Shown here: positions 19,901 through 30,056 of the stretch, in pieces | Numbering within the stretch: position 1 is the first letter of the stretch | Layout of the letters: each line of letters begins with the position of its first letter | NCBI GenBank assembly: GCA_963717935.1 | Contig: CAVQXP010000003.1 | Location: 56,819 to 120,818 of the forward strand | Length of the DNA stretch: 64,000 nucleotides | Source: Candidatus Eiseniibacteriota bacterium | Lineage (GTDB): Bacteria > Eisenbacteria > RBG-16-71-46 | Reading direction: 5' to 3' | Notes under the pieces: model-generated | Told to the model about the DNA's origin: nothing | The model's input: the letters and a program-made list of their open reading frames with translations, nothing else | The model's database searches: none | Program-made: the position numbers and the translations under genes

Positions 19901-21352
19901 ATGGAAACGCAGGCACGCGCCGTCCCGCAGACGCCGGACGCACTCGACGAGAGCGTCTTCTTCCTGTCGGTCTCCGAGCTCGCGGAGCGCATCCGCGCGA
20001 AGCGGCTGAAGCCCACCGACCTCGTGGCGGGCTGTCTCGACCGGCTCGAGCGGCTGGGCCCGAAGTACAACGCCGTGGCCGCGCTGATGCGCGGCGCGGC
20101 GATGGACGAGGCCCGGGTGGCCGAACGCGAGCTGGCGCGCGGCCGGGATCGCGGGCCGCTCCACGGCATCCCCTATGGCGTGAAGGACCTGCTCGCCACG
20201 AAGGGCGTGCCCACCACCTGGGGCGCCGAGCCGTACCGGGACCAGGTCTTCGACTACGACGCGACCGTGGTGCGCAGGCTGCGCGAGGCGGGCGCGGTGC
20301 TGGTCGCCAAGCTCGCGATGGTCGAGCTGGCGGGCGGCATGGGCTACAACCACGCGAACGCCTCGATCACCGGCCCGGGTCTCACGCCGTGGAACACGAG
20401 GTTCTGGAGCGGCGGCTCCTCGAGCGGTCCCGGCGCCGCCGTGGCGGCGGGCCTCGTGCCCTTCGCCATCGGCTCGGAGACCTCGGGCTCGATCCTCACG
20501 CCCTCGGCCTTCTGCGGCGTGACGGGCCTGCGGCCCACCTACGGGCTCGTCAGCCGGCACGGCGCGATGGCCCTGTGCTGGACGCTCGACAAGCTCGGGC
20601 CGCTGGGGCGCACCGCCGACGATTGCGCGCTCGTGCTCGCCGCCATGGCGGGGCCCGACCCGCTCGACGAGAGCGCGGTCGCGCGCGGCTTCGCGCACGT
20701 CCGGCCTGCGCCGCTCGGTGGCGCGAGGAAGCCGCGGCTGGCGGTGCCGAAGGGCGTGACCGAGAAGGTGCAGCCCGCGGTGCGCGCGAACTTCGAGGAG
20801 GCGCTGCGCGTCCTCGGCGGCGACGTCGAGCTGACGCGCGACGTCGAGTGGCCCGATTTCCCCTGGGGGCCCGCGGTCGGGACCATCGTGGGGGCGGAGG
20901 GCGCGGCCGCGTTCCTCGACCTGCTCGAGTCGGGCCGGGTGCAGCAGCTCACCTGTCCGGCCGACCGCGCGGGCGGCTACTCCTCGCTCCTGCTGCCGGC
21001 GGTGGACTACCTGCAGGCGATGCGCCTGCGGCGGCCCATGAAGCTGGCGGTGGCGCGGCTCTTCGAGCGCTTCGACGCGGTGGTGGCGCCGACGCGCGCG
21101 AGCGTGGCCTACCCGGCCGACCGCAACTTCGAGGACGCCTACCCCGGCGTGAGCGGCGGTCCCGCGCTGATCGCGGCCGGCAATCTGTGCGGGCAGCCCG
21201 CGCTCGCGCTGCCGGACGGCTTCGGCGAGAATGGGCTGCCCACGTCGTTCCAGCTCATGGGGCCGGCGTTCTCGGAAGCGCTGCTGGTGCGGATCGGACA
21301 CGCGTACCAGCAGCGGACGGACTGGCACAAGCGGCGCCCGCCGGCCGCGTGA
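19901..21352 (+). CDS. Amidase signature family protein
   Basis: GPLHGIPYGVKD, GGSSSG, IGSETSGSILTPS. Confidence 0.92.
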   Translation: METQARAVPQTPDALDESVFFLSVSELAERIRAKRLKPTDLVAGCLDRLERLGPKYNAVAALMRGAAMDEARVAERELARGRDRGPLHGIPYGVKDLLATKGVPTTWGAEPYRDQVFDYDATVVRRLREAGAVLVAKLAMVELAGGMGYNHANASITGPGLTPWNTRFWSGGSSSGPGAAVAAGLVPFAIGSETSGSILTPSAFCGVTGLRPTYGLVSRHGAMALCWTLDKLGPLGRTADDCALVLAAMAGPDPLDESAVARGFAHVRPAPLGGARKPRLAVPKGVTEKVQPAVRANFEEALRVLGGDVELTRDVEWPDFPWGPAVGTIVGAEGAAAFLDLLESGRVQQLTCPADRAGGYSSLLLPAVDYLQAMRLRRPMKLAVARLFERFDAVVAPTRASVAYPADRNFEDAYPGVSGGPALIAAGNLCGQPALALPDGFGENGLPTSFQLMGPAFSEALLVRIGHAYQQRTDWHKRRPPAA

Positions 21353-21440
21353 GCGGCGCGGGCGCCCCGGAGGCGTCGTACGCGGTACCCGGCGGCGCGG
21401 CATCGGGCTGCGTCGCCCATCCAGGAAGGAGAGCCGAGCC

Positions 21441-21812
21441 ATGCGGAAGACGAAGTGGACGATCGCGCTCGTCGCGGCGGTGTGCGCGGTGCTGGCGCTG
21501 GGCTGTGCGGGGGATGTCGGCAAGCAGGTGATGGCCAGCCCCGAGCTGCAGGCGAAGGTCATGGACATGATCAGCGCGAGCCCGTCGACGGCCGGCGGCA
21601 TGGTGGACCGGCTGCTTTCGAGTGACAGCACGCGCGCGCTGGTCATCGAGAAGCTGGTGAGCAGCGCGGGCGGTGCGCAGGCGGTGATGGAGGTGGTCGC
21701 GGGGAACCAGACCCTCATGGACGGCGCGCTCAACATCGCGATGCAGGATCCGGCCATGAAAGAGCACGTCATGACGCTCTTCCGGGGCATGAGGATGGCG
21801 GGCGCGAAGTAG
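21441..21812 (+). CDS. Hypothetical Met-rich lipoprotein
   Basis: Lipobox LALGC; AAGGAG RBS. Confidence 0.7.
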   Translation: MRKTKWTIALVAAVCAVLALGCAGDVGKQVMASPELQAKVMDMISASPSTAGGMVDRLLSSDSTRALVIEKLVSSAGGAQAVMEVVAGNQTLMDGALNIAMQDPAMKEHVMTLFRGMRMAGAK

Positions 21813-21903
21813 CGCCGGTGCGTGTGAGGCGCGTGCGGGCGGGGGAACGCCGGCCCCGCCCGCGTGGCCCGCGGGGTCGTCCTCGATCAGGCCGTGGCGG
21901 GGG

Positions 21904-22671
21904 CTACTTCTTCTGGAAGACGTAGAGCCCGAAGCCGAGCGTGTCGCGGCCCCAGTGCTCGTAGGCCTCGCGGTGGCGGCGGCTGCGCTTCCACATGGTC
22001 TCGGCCTCGGGGTCCTCGGGGTGGCCAGCCGCGTACTCTTCGACCGCGCTGGAGCGGAGCCCCTCGTAGCGGTCCCACTCGTCCTCGGTGCTGACGGCGG
22101 TGCAGATCGGGACCAGGCCAGCCTCCTCGCCCGCGCGCACGTTGCGCGGGTGGTCCAGCAGATCGTCCGGGCCGAGGCCCAGGGCGGCGAGGTAGTCGGG
22201 GTGGGGGCGCCGCCGCCAGAAGTGCTCACCCACCAGGACGCGTCCGTGCGGCCGGACGATGCCGGCCAGCGCGCGCAGCGTGTCGCGATAGCCCCCGTAG
22301 GCCTCGGTCGAGCCCACGCACAGCGCGGCGTCGAAGGAACCCGGCTCGGCCGGGAAGTCGCAGGCGGGCTGCTCGTGGAAGGCGAGGTCGGCCTGCGGCC
22401 CGCGCGACCTGGCCCGGACGCGCGCGTCGGCCACGAACGCGGGGTTCACGTCCACGCCCACGCCGCGTGCGCCCCAGCGGCCCGCGAGCCGCACCAGCAT
22501 CTCGCCCTTGCCGCAGCCCACGTCGAGCGCGCGGGCGCCCTGCGGCAGCTCGAGCATGCAGAGCACCTGGTCCACCTTGGGACCGCTCAGCGGGCTGAGG
22601 AAGACGTGATCCCGGTGGGCGATCGTGGTGAAGCGGAGCTGGTCCGTCAGCGTTGCGGTGGAGGGAGTCAT
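21904..22671 (-). CDS. Class I SAM-dependent methyltransferase
   Basis: ALDVGCGKGE motif I; FDAALCVGS; RDTLGFGLYVF. Confidence 0.88.
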   Translation of the reverse strand: MTPSTATLTDQLRFTTIAHRDHVFLSPLSGPKVDQVLCMLELPQGARALDVGCGKGEMLVRLAGRWGARGVGVDVNPAFVADARVRARSRGPQADLAFHEQPACDFPAEPGSFDAALCVGSTEAYGGYRDTLRALAGIVRPHGRVLVGEHFWRRRPHPDYLAALGLGPDDLLDHPRNVRAGEEAGLVPICTAVSTEDEWDRYEGLRSSAVEEYAAGHPEDPEAETMWKRSRRHREAYEHWGRDTLGFGLYVFQKK

Positions 22672-22787
22672 CCGGTGCGTCATGTTGGACGAAGCCGGGG
22701 GCTCGCGCAAGGGAGAACCTCGAGGCGCCTTCCCCCATGCAAGTGACGCGCCGTTCCCGCGCGACGCAGGACGCACCGGGAGCAGCG

Positions 22788-22820
22788 CGAAGCCCCCGGC
22801 CGGAGGAACCGGGGGCTTCG
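22788..22820 (-). terminator. GC-rich hairpin downstream of yceI-like gene
   Basis: CGAAGCCCCCGG-N9-CCGGGGGCTTCG perfect 12-bp stem; no strong U tract. Confidence 0.5.
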
Positions 22821-22845
22821 TGGCCGCGTTTCGTGGGGGAATGGC

Positions 22846-23460
22846 CTACTTCTGAGCCGGCTGCTTCAGGTTCGCCTCGATGTGCAGGCTGATGGCCACG
22901 TCCTCACCGATCATCAGGCCACCCTGGTCGAGCGTCTTGTTCCAGTTGATGCCGAAGTCCTTGCGGTTGAGGGTCGTGGTGGCGTCGAAGCCGGCCTTGG
23001 TGCCCCAGCTCTGTCCGCCCACGCCGACCTCTCCCATGCCGAGGAATTCGACCTCCAGCACGACGGGCTTCGTGACGCCGTGCATCGTGAGGTCGCCCGT
23101 GACCTCGTACTTGTCCTTCCCCGCGGGCGCGACGCTCGTGCTCTTGAAGGTCAGCGTCGGGAACGAGTCGGCAGCGAAGAAATCCGTACTCCTCAGGTGC
23201 GCGTCGCGCGTCTCGTTGCCGGTGAAGATGCTCGCCGCCGGGATCGTGACCTCGACCGAGGAGGCCGCAGGGGCGCTCGGGTCCATCACGATGGTGCCGC
23301 TGAAGTCCTTGAACTGCCCCGGGACCTTCGAGAAGAGGTGCCGGATGGAGAAGCCCACCTGCGAGTGGGGCTTGTCGATGTCGAAGGTCAGGGGCGCGGC
23401 CGAAGCCGCGGTGGCGAGGCTCACCAGAGCGAGCGCCAGGGCGACGGGGATGGGTCTCAC
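22846..23460 (-). CDS. YceI family protein
   Basis: Signal peptide; DKPHSQVGFSIRH, RDAHLRSTDFF, GDLTMHGVTK, RKDFGI. Confidence 0.92.
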   Translation of the reverse strand: MRPIPVALALALVSLATAASAAPLTFDIDKPHSQVGFSIRHLFSKVPGQFKDFSGTIVMDPSAPAASSVEVTIPAASIFTGNETRDAHLRSTDFFAADSFPTLTFKSTSVAPAGKDKYEVTGDLTMHGVTKPVVLEVEFLGMGEVGVGGQSWGTKAGFDATTTLNRKDFGINWNKTLDQGGLMIGEDVAISLHIEANLKQPAQK

Positions 23461-23754
23461 GGGTGGAGCTCCTTTCGTCGGGAGTGCGGCCGACGCCGGA
23501 CGGCGGCAGAGGTGGGATTGGCGGGGCGCCGGCCCTGTTGGGTCGGCAGGTCGTTTGGCCGCGGACCGGCGCCTTCGCTGTCTGCTGCCCACTATGATGA
23601 GGGCCGGGGCCGGGCGATTCGGCCCACGAGGGGAGCGACGGTCGGGGGGGGCGCTCTTGACCGGGGCCTGACCCGCGAAGGCTCCTGCCGGGACGGCGCA
23701 CGGGGAGCGCGCGGGTTGTGGCGGCCGGGGCGGAGCCGCTAGCATCTTCCCCCC

Positions 23755-24768
23755 ATGACCGACTTCGAGAAGGCCCCGCCCGAGATCCGCGAACTCCTCG
23801 GCAAGCGCATCAGCCAGCTCGGCCTTCGCCTCGAGGGCTCGCCGGTCGAGCGTTTCGTGCACCAGCTCTACCGCGAACTCGAGCGCAAGGGTCTCAAGCA
23901 CTTCCGCCCGGTCTGCTACCTCACCGACGAATGGGGCTGTCCCGACGGACAGCCCGTGATCGGCATCCCGTTCTATCTCGCCGATCCCGGGCTCGCGCGC
24001 CTCGAGCGCCAGATGAACGACCTCGAGGACGAGCGCGAGATCATGATGTACCTGCGTCACGAGGCCGGGCACGCCTTCAACTACGCCTACCGGCTCTTCA
24101 TCACGCCCGAGTGGCGCCGGCTCTTCGGTCCGTTCAATCGCCGCTATCGCGACGACTACCGGCCGGTCCCGTTCAGCCGCAAGTTCGTGCGTCACATCGC
24201 GGGCTGGTACGGGCAGAAGCACCCCGACGAGGACTTCGCCGAGACGTTCGCGGTCTGGCTCACGCCCCGCTCGCAGTGGCGGGTCCGCTATAAATCATGG
24301 CCCGCGATACGCAAGTTGAGGTATGTTGACCGCATGGTGCGCCGGGTGCGTGCCCAGGAGCCGGTGGTTTCGACCGGGGACTTCGCCGTCCCGGTCGAGA
24401 ACCTCAAGGTGACGGTCGAGCAGTTCTACCGCCGGCTCATGCGTGAGAGCGGGGCGGGGGTGAAGGTGGCGCTGGAGGCGGATCTCAGCGACCTGTTCAT
24501 TCCCCAGGGCCGCCGACGCAAGGGCATCCGCCCGGCGTGGGAGCTCGTCGAGGAGCATCGCAAGGTGCTGACCGACAAGATCACGTACTGGACCGGCGTG
24601 CGACGCCCGGTCGTGCGTGCCCTGGTCGAGCACATCGTGCGCGCTTCCCGCGATCTCCGGTTGTTCGCAGACACCGCCCGCGAGGCGGATTACCTCGTGG
24701 AGTTGACCGCGTACGGCACCACGCTCGCCATGAACTACCTCACGCGCCGCCGCTTCGAGCAGAAGTAG
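23755..24768 (+). CDS. Putative zinc-binding metallopeptidase
   Basis: LRHEAGHA (HExxH) and YGQKHPDEDFAETFAVWL. Confidence 0.85.
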   Translation: MTDFEKAPPEIRELLGKRISQLGLRLEGSPVERFVHQLYRELERKGLKHFRPVCYLTDEWGCPDGQPVIGIPFYLADPGLARLERQMNDLEDEREIMMYLRHEAGHAFNYAYRLFITPEWRRLFGPFNRRYRDDYRPVPFSRKFVRHIAGWYGQKHPDEDFAETFAVWLTPRSQWRVRYKSWPAIRKLRYVDRMVRRVRAQEPVVSTGDFAVPVENLKVTVEQFYRRLMRESGAGVKVALEADLSDLFIPQGRRRKGIRPAWELVEEHRKVLTDKITYWTGVRRPVVRALVEHIVRASRDLRLFADTAREADYLVELTAYGTTLAMNYLTRRRFEQK

Positions 24769-24819
24769 GCCGGCGCAGGGCCCCGAGGGACGGGGTCCGC
24801 ATGCGAAGGCGGGAACGCG

Positions 24820-25842
24820 ATGGCCAAGCTGCGGATCGGCGTGCTGTACGACTACTGGTGGGGCGAGGAGGAGGAGCGCGCCGAAGGGACCCGCCCCAAG
24901 CGCAAGACTCCCGACGAGGACGTGCAGGCCGTCTACGAGGCCCTCAAGGAGGCCGGGCACAGCCCGGTCTTCCTGCGCCTCGACGGCACGCGCGAGAGCC
25001 TGGTCGAGCTGGCCCACTCCGAGACCGACCTGATCTTCAACCTGGTCGAGTCCTTCGGCGGCGACGACACCCAGGACAGCGACGTCGCGGGCTTCCTCGA
25101 GATGCTGCACCGCCGTTTCACCGGCACCGGCTCGCAGGGGCTCCACCTGGCACAGGACAAGGCGCTGGCGAAGAAGATCTTCGCCTTCCACGGCATCCAC
25201 ACGCCCTACTTCGCCACCGTGTTCCGCGGCCGCACCGAGCACGCGCAGGACATCCAGTTCCCGGTGATCGTGAAGCCCGCGGCCGAGGACGGCTCGATCG
25301 GCATCCACTTCGGTGCGGTGTGCATCTCGATCAAGGAGCTGATGGAGCGCATCGACTACATCCACGCCGAGTTCAATTCGCCGGCGCTCATCGAGGAGTA
25401 CATCGAGGGCCGCGAGCTCTACGTCGGGGTGCTGGGGAACGAGAAGCCCGAGGCGCTGCCGGCGGTGGAGCTGGACCTCTCGAAGCTGCCGCAGGGGATG
25501 CCGAAGATCGCCGGCACCGAGGTCAAGTGGGAGGAGGGCACCGAGGCCTACGAGAAGACCAAGGCCTTCCTGCCCGCCGATCTCGACGAGGACCTGCAGA
25601 AGAAGCTGAGCGACACGGCGGTGCAGGCCTTCCAGGCGCTCAAGCTGTGCGACTACGGGCGCATCGACTTCCGGCTGGCCGCCGACGGCGCGCTGCACGT
25701 GCTGGAGGTGAACCCCAATCCCTACCTGCACGCCGACGCCGAGTTCGCCATGGCGGCGAAGAAGGCCGGGCGCTCCTACGCCGAGCTGGTCGGCGAGATC
25801 GTGGACCTGGCGCTGGCGCGCTACCCGAACGGCGGCGTGTAG
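24820..25842 (+). CDS. ATP-grasp ligase (D-Ala-D-Ala ligase-like)
   Basis: FNLVE, QDKALAKK, VKPAAEDGSIGI, EEYIEGRE, GRIDFR, LEVNPNP. Confidence 0.88.
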   Translation: MAKLRIGVLYDYWWGEEEERAEGTRPKRKTPDEDVQAVYEALKEAGHSPVFLRLDGTRESLVELAHSETDLIFNLVESFGGDDTQDSDVAGFLEMLHRRFTGTGSQGLHLAQDKALAKKIFAFHGIHTPYFATVFRGRTEHAQDIQFPVIVKPAAEDGSIGIHFGAVCISIKELMERIDYIHAEFNSPALIEEYIEGRELYVGVLGNEKPEALPAVELDLSKLPQGMPKIAGTEVKWEEGTEAYEKTKAFLPADLDEDLQKKLSDTAVQAFQALKLCDYGRIDFRLAADGALHVLEVNPNPYLHADAEFAMAAKKAGRSYAELVGEIVDLALARYPNGGV

Positions 25843-26222
25843 CGGCACCGGGCGGGTGACGACCGGGCCCCCGCGGGCGGCTGCGCCGGCGGGGGCCCGG
25901 TCCGTCCGGCGGGCGCTGGCGAGCGGGGGGCGTGGCCTCGAAGAGACCTTGTCCCGATCAGGATGCTTCCGTTTCGGGGACGCCCGACGAGATTTCTCTT
26001 GACAGGATTTCGCGTGCGCACGCCGCCGCCCCGGCGGACCGGCTGCAGCAGCCCGCCACGACGCGCCAGGTGCGCGTTGGCGGCATCCGTTCTTCCACGA
26101 CGAGACTGAAACTCGCGCTGCTCCTCGTTGTGCGCGCAGCGGGGCTCTCAGAGCGCCGGAAACGGGCGTGGTATCCATAGGAAGTTCCGCCCCCGTGACC
26201 CGCCCCCGCGGAGTCACCCGCC

Positions 26223-27555
26223 GTGAACCACTATTCGCTGACGCACGTTCCCGATCCGGTCCTGCTGCGCGATCTCCGGTCGCTGCTCGCCAGGGAGCGC
26301 GCTACCACAGCCGAGCTCCTGGCCCATCTGGCCGAGGTCGACGCCCGGCGGCTGTACGCGGCGGCGGGGCACCCCTCGATGTTCGCCTGGTGCGTCGAGG
26401 AACTGCACCTGTCCGAGGACGCCGCGTTCAAGCGCATCCGGGCGGCCCGGGCGGCCCGGCAGTTCCCGGCCGTGTTCACCGCTGCTGGCCGACGGGCGGC
26501 TGCACCTGAGCGCCGTGGTGATGTTGGCGGCCTACCTGACCCCGGAGAACGCGGAGGAGCTCCTCGCAGCCGCCTCGCACCAGAGCAAGGCGGGGATCGA
26601 GCACCTCCTGGCCGAGCGGTTCCCGCGGCCGGACGTGCCCGACCGAATCGTGGGTCTCGGCCCTTCGCCGACCGTCGAGCTATCCGCCCCGGGACGGATC
26701 GGGTCCACGGACGAACAACTGTCCCCGGGGACAGTTGAAGCGAGCGGAGCGCGGCTGGCCCCGGGGCCGGTCGCGCCACCCGTAAGGCCAGGCATGGCAC
26801 CGCTTGCGCCGGGACGCTACGGGCTTCAGTTCACCGTCGCGCAGGGCACGTACGAGAAGCTGCGCTACGCCCAGGCCCTGCTTGGACATTCGGTCCCCTC
26901 CGGCGAGCTGGCCCAGGTGCTCGACCGCGCGCTGGATGCCCTGATCGCCCGGCTCGAGCGGCGGAAGGTGGCGGCGACCGGCCGCCCTCGGGGATGTCGA
27001 CCCCGGGCGAGTGCCGACGTCCGCCACGTACCCGCCGAGGTCCGGCGCCAGGTCTGGGCAAGAGACGGCGGCCAGTGCACGTTCGTGAGCGCGGCCGGAC
27101 ACCGCTGCCCGGCCCGCACCCGGCTCGAGTTCGACCATGTCGAGCCGGTGGCCCGGGGCGGCCGGTCGACGGTGAAGGGAGTGAGGCTGCGGTGCCGGAC
27201 CCACAATCAGTACGCGGCCGAGTGCGCGTTCGGGGCCGGCTTCATGAGCCGGAAGCGCGAGGCGGCACGGCGCGCGGCGGAAGAGACGCGTGCGCGCGCG
27301 ACCAGGGAAGCCGAGGAGGCGCGTGCGCGTGCGGTGGCGGAAGCCGAGGAAGCGCGTGCGCGTGCGGTGGCGGTGGCGGAGGTCGTGCCCTGGTTGCACG
27401 CGCTCGGACTGCGCATGGACGAGGCGCGCCGTGCGGCCGCACGATGCGAGATAGCCTTGGATGCTCCGCTCGAGGAGCGGGTGCGACACGCGTTGCGGTG
27501 CTCTGGCAGGCCCTCGCGGCGGTGCGTCGCGCACACCCCGCAACCGGTGCCGTGA
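26223..27555 (+). CDS. DUF222-type HNH endonuclease; apparent frameshift near 26483
   Basis: LLAHLAEVDARRLY..G.PSMF N-terminus; VWARDGGQC..C...LEFDHV.P.ARGG...LRCRTHN; 33-bp tandem repeat at 27307-27372. Confidence 0.8.
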
Positions 27556-27573
27556 CCGACTCCGGCGGAGGAC

Positions 27574-28851
27574 CTACCCGTCCGTCTCCGCCGCCAGTGG
27601 CACCGCCGTCTCGCCGCGCGACACGACCACCGCCGCGGCCAGGTCGCCCGTGACGTTGAGCGTGGTGCGGCACATGTCGAGGAAGCGGTCCACGCCGATG
27701 ATCATGCCGATGCCCTCGGCGGGCACGTGCACCAGCCCGAGGATCATCACCACGACCGGGATCGAGCCGGCCGGCACGCCGGCGGTGCCGATGCCGCCCA
27801 GGATGCAGATCAGCACCACCATGATCTGCTGGGCGAAGCCGAGGTGGATCCCGTAGAACTGGGCGAGGAACAGCACCGTCACGCCCTCGAAGAGCGCGGT
27901 GCCGTTCTGGTTCGCGGTGGAGCCGATGGTGAGCACGAAGCGACTCACGTGCGGCGGCAGGTGCAGTTCCTCCTCGGCCGCCAGCAGTGCGGTCGGGAGC
28001 GTGGCGTTGCTCGAGGCGGTCGAGAACGCGGTCAGCATGGGCGCGCGCACGCCGCGGAAGAAGCGCCACGGACTCATGCGGCCGAGCCAGGCGACCGAGA
28101 GCGAGTAGACGCCGAACTGGTGGATGACGAGCCCCAGCAGCACGACCAGCACGTAGGCGCCAAGTTGGTACAGCACGTCGATCCCGAGCCGGGCCGTCAG
28201 CGTGAAGAGCAGGCAGGCGACGCCGATCGGGGCGGCCTGGATGACGAGGCCGAGCAGCTTCATCGTGACTTCGTAGAGCCCCTGGAGTGCGCGCTCGAAC
28301 GCGCGCGCCGCCTCCGTCTTCGTGAGCGTGAGCCCCACGCCCAGGAAGAGCGCGAAGACCATCACGGCGAGCATGTCGCCCTCGCCCATGGCCTTCACGA
28401 TGTTCGCGGGCACGAGGCCGACGAAGAAGTCCATGCCGCCGCCGCCGGCGAGCGAGGTCGCGGGCGCCGGCACGGAGGTGGCCTGCGCGGCGAGCCGCGC
28501 CTTGAGCGCGGGGGAGAGGCCCTCGCCGGGGCGCAGCGCGTTCACGAGCCCGATGCCGATGAGCACCGCGATCGCCGAGACCGACACGGTGTAGACCAGG
28601 GTCTTGAGCCCGATGCGCCCGAGGCTCTTCATATCGCCCAGGCCCGCCACGCCCAGCGCCAGCGCCGAGAGGATGAGCGGGATGACCAGCATGAAGAGCA
28701 GGCGCAGGAAGATGCGGCCGGCGGGCTCGGTGACGTACTGGACGAAGCCGGCGAGCCGCGGCGAGTCGCCGGCGAGCAGGTTGGCGGCGACGCCGAGCAC
28801 GATGCCGAAGAGAAGGCCCGCAAGCATGCGGACCGGAAGGCCGCGGCGCAT
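27574..28851 (-). CDS. Dicarboxylate/amino acid:cation symporter (GltP-like)
   Basis: AFSTASSNATLP, ANQNGTALF, GVPAG, VDRFLDMCRTTLNVTGD. Confidence 0.92.
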   Translation of the reverse strand: MRRGLPVRMLAGLLFGIVLGVAANLLAGDSPRLAGFVQYVTEPAGRIFLRLLFMLVIPLILSALALGVAGLGDMKSLGRIGLKTLVYTVSVSAIAVLIGIGLVNALRPGEGLSPALKARLAAQATSVPAPATSLAGGGGMDFFVGLVPANIVKAMGEGDMLAVMVFALFLGVGLTLTKTEAARAFERALQGLYEVTMKLLGLVIQAAPIGVACLLFTLTARLGIDVLYQLGAYVLVVLLGLVIHQFGVYSLSVAWLGRMSPWRFFRGVRAPMLTAFSTASSNATLPTALLAAEEELHLPPHVSRFVLTIGSTANQNGTALFEGVTVLFLAQFYGIHLGFAQQIMVVLICILGGIGTAGVPAGSIPVVVMILGLVHVPAEGIGMIIGVDRFLDMCRTTLNVTGDLAAAVVVSRGETAVPLAAETDG

Positions 28852-28954
28852 GGGGCGGCAGTATGGGAGAGGGGGTGGGGCGGCGCAAACGGCGAGGCGG
28901 CGCGTGTGGGCCGCGGCAAAGCGGGGATCGAGACGCCCGCTCGGGGCGCGCGAC

Positions 28955-28992
28955 GGCCCGTCAGTTCAATCGGTAGAGCACCTGCCTTTTAA
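28955..28992 (+). pseudogene. 5' half of tRNA-Lys(UUU), truncated after the anticodon loop
   Basis: GGCCCGT-CA-GTTC-AATCGGTA-GAGC-A-CCTGC-CTTTTAA; D arm and anticodon loop recognisable, no 3' half seen. Confidence 0.7.
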
Positions 28993-29283
28993 CTCGACCA
29001 CGCTAACCGCCGCCCGAGCCGAGAATTCGTTGGAACGCAAGCGCCCCCGTGGGTTACCCGCGCGGGGGCGTTCCCGCTCTGAGGCCCCGAGAGGCCCGGA
29101 ATTGACCCCAGAGGACATCGAGAGTCACCCGAATCGTCACCCGCGAAGGCTCCCTGCCTGCAGGCCAGGTTGCCCGAGAGGCATCGCGTGCCCGCATGGG
29201 ACAGAGAAGTACCTCACTTGCCGGGTTTCGGTTGGTGCTAGATTCGGATTCGCTCTGACCAGAAGCCCACCCGGAGGCCGCCC

Positions 29284-29727
29284 ATGAAGCGCTACCTTCC
29301 CGCCGCCCTACTGCTGCTCCTGGTTCCATGTTGTTCCCCGTCCGACGACCGCGCAGTCCTCAAGGAGACGTACTACTTCGCAAGGACCCTTGGATCGGAC
29401 ACGACCTCCTTCGCTGATTTCGAGAAGGAGATGAAGAGTGACACGGCGGCTTGGGCGGGGGCCCGCAGAACCTGGAAGGGCACAAGGGTTGCCCTTAGTG
29501 CCACTCTCGGTGAACTGGGCTACGGCACCGGCCCATTCCGGTGGCAATACGGCACCAGGGAGAAGGCCGCCCTCTCACAGTTCCAGCGAGACCTGGGCAT
29601 TCAAGCAACCGGCCAACTGGACAGCCTCACGGTGGCGAATCTCGCCAGGGCCGGGAACGCCTTGAGAATCAATGACGTCGTACTGCCCGACCTACTGGTG
29701 AATCAAATCGACTACATGATCTTCGCC
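29284..29727 (+). pseudogene. Exported protein with peptidoglycan-binding domain, interrupted by IS3
   Basis: Signal/lipobox-like N-terminus; LGELGY...ALSQFQRDLGIQATGQLD..T PG-binding motif; reading frame runs into the IS inverted repeat. Confidence 0.65.
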
Positions 29728-29789
29728 CGTAAGCTTCCCCTCCAGGTAGACAGCCGCTGCTAGACTCTCCCGGGTCACGGGGAGGGCGC

Positions 29790-30056
29790 ATGAAGAAGGC
29801 GCGGTTCACGGAGTCGCAGATCGTGGCAATTCTGAAGGAGGGCGAGGCCGGCCTGACGGTGGCCGAGATCGCCCGCAAGCACGGGATCAGCAAGAACACG
29901 TACTTCAACTGGAAGTCACGCTACGGCGGAGCGACGGTGTCGGATCTGAGGCGGCTGAAAGAGCTCGAGGCCGAGAACGCCAAGCTGAAGCGGATGTACA
30001 GCGAGCTGGCGCTCGAGAACGCGGCGATCAAGGACCTGCTTCACCGAAAACCGTAA
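29790..30056 (+). CDS. IS3 transposase OrfA
   Basis: MKKARFTESQIVAILKE...ARKHGIS..TYFNWKSRY...LKELEAENAKLKRMY. Confidence 0.92.
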   Translation: MKKARFTESQIVAILKEGEAGLTVAEIARKHGISKNTYFNWKSRYGGATVSDLRRLKELEAENAKLKRMYSELALENAAIKDLLHRKP

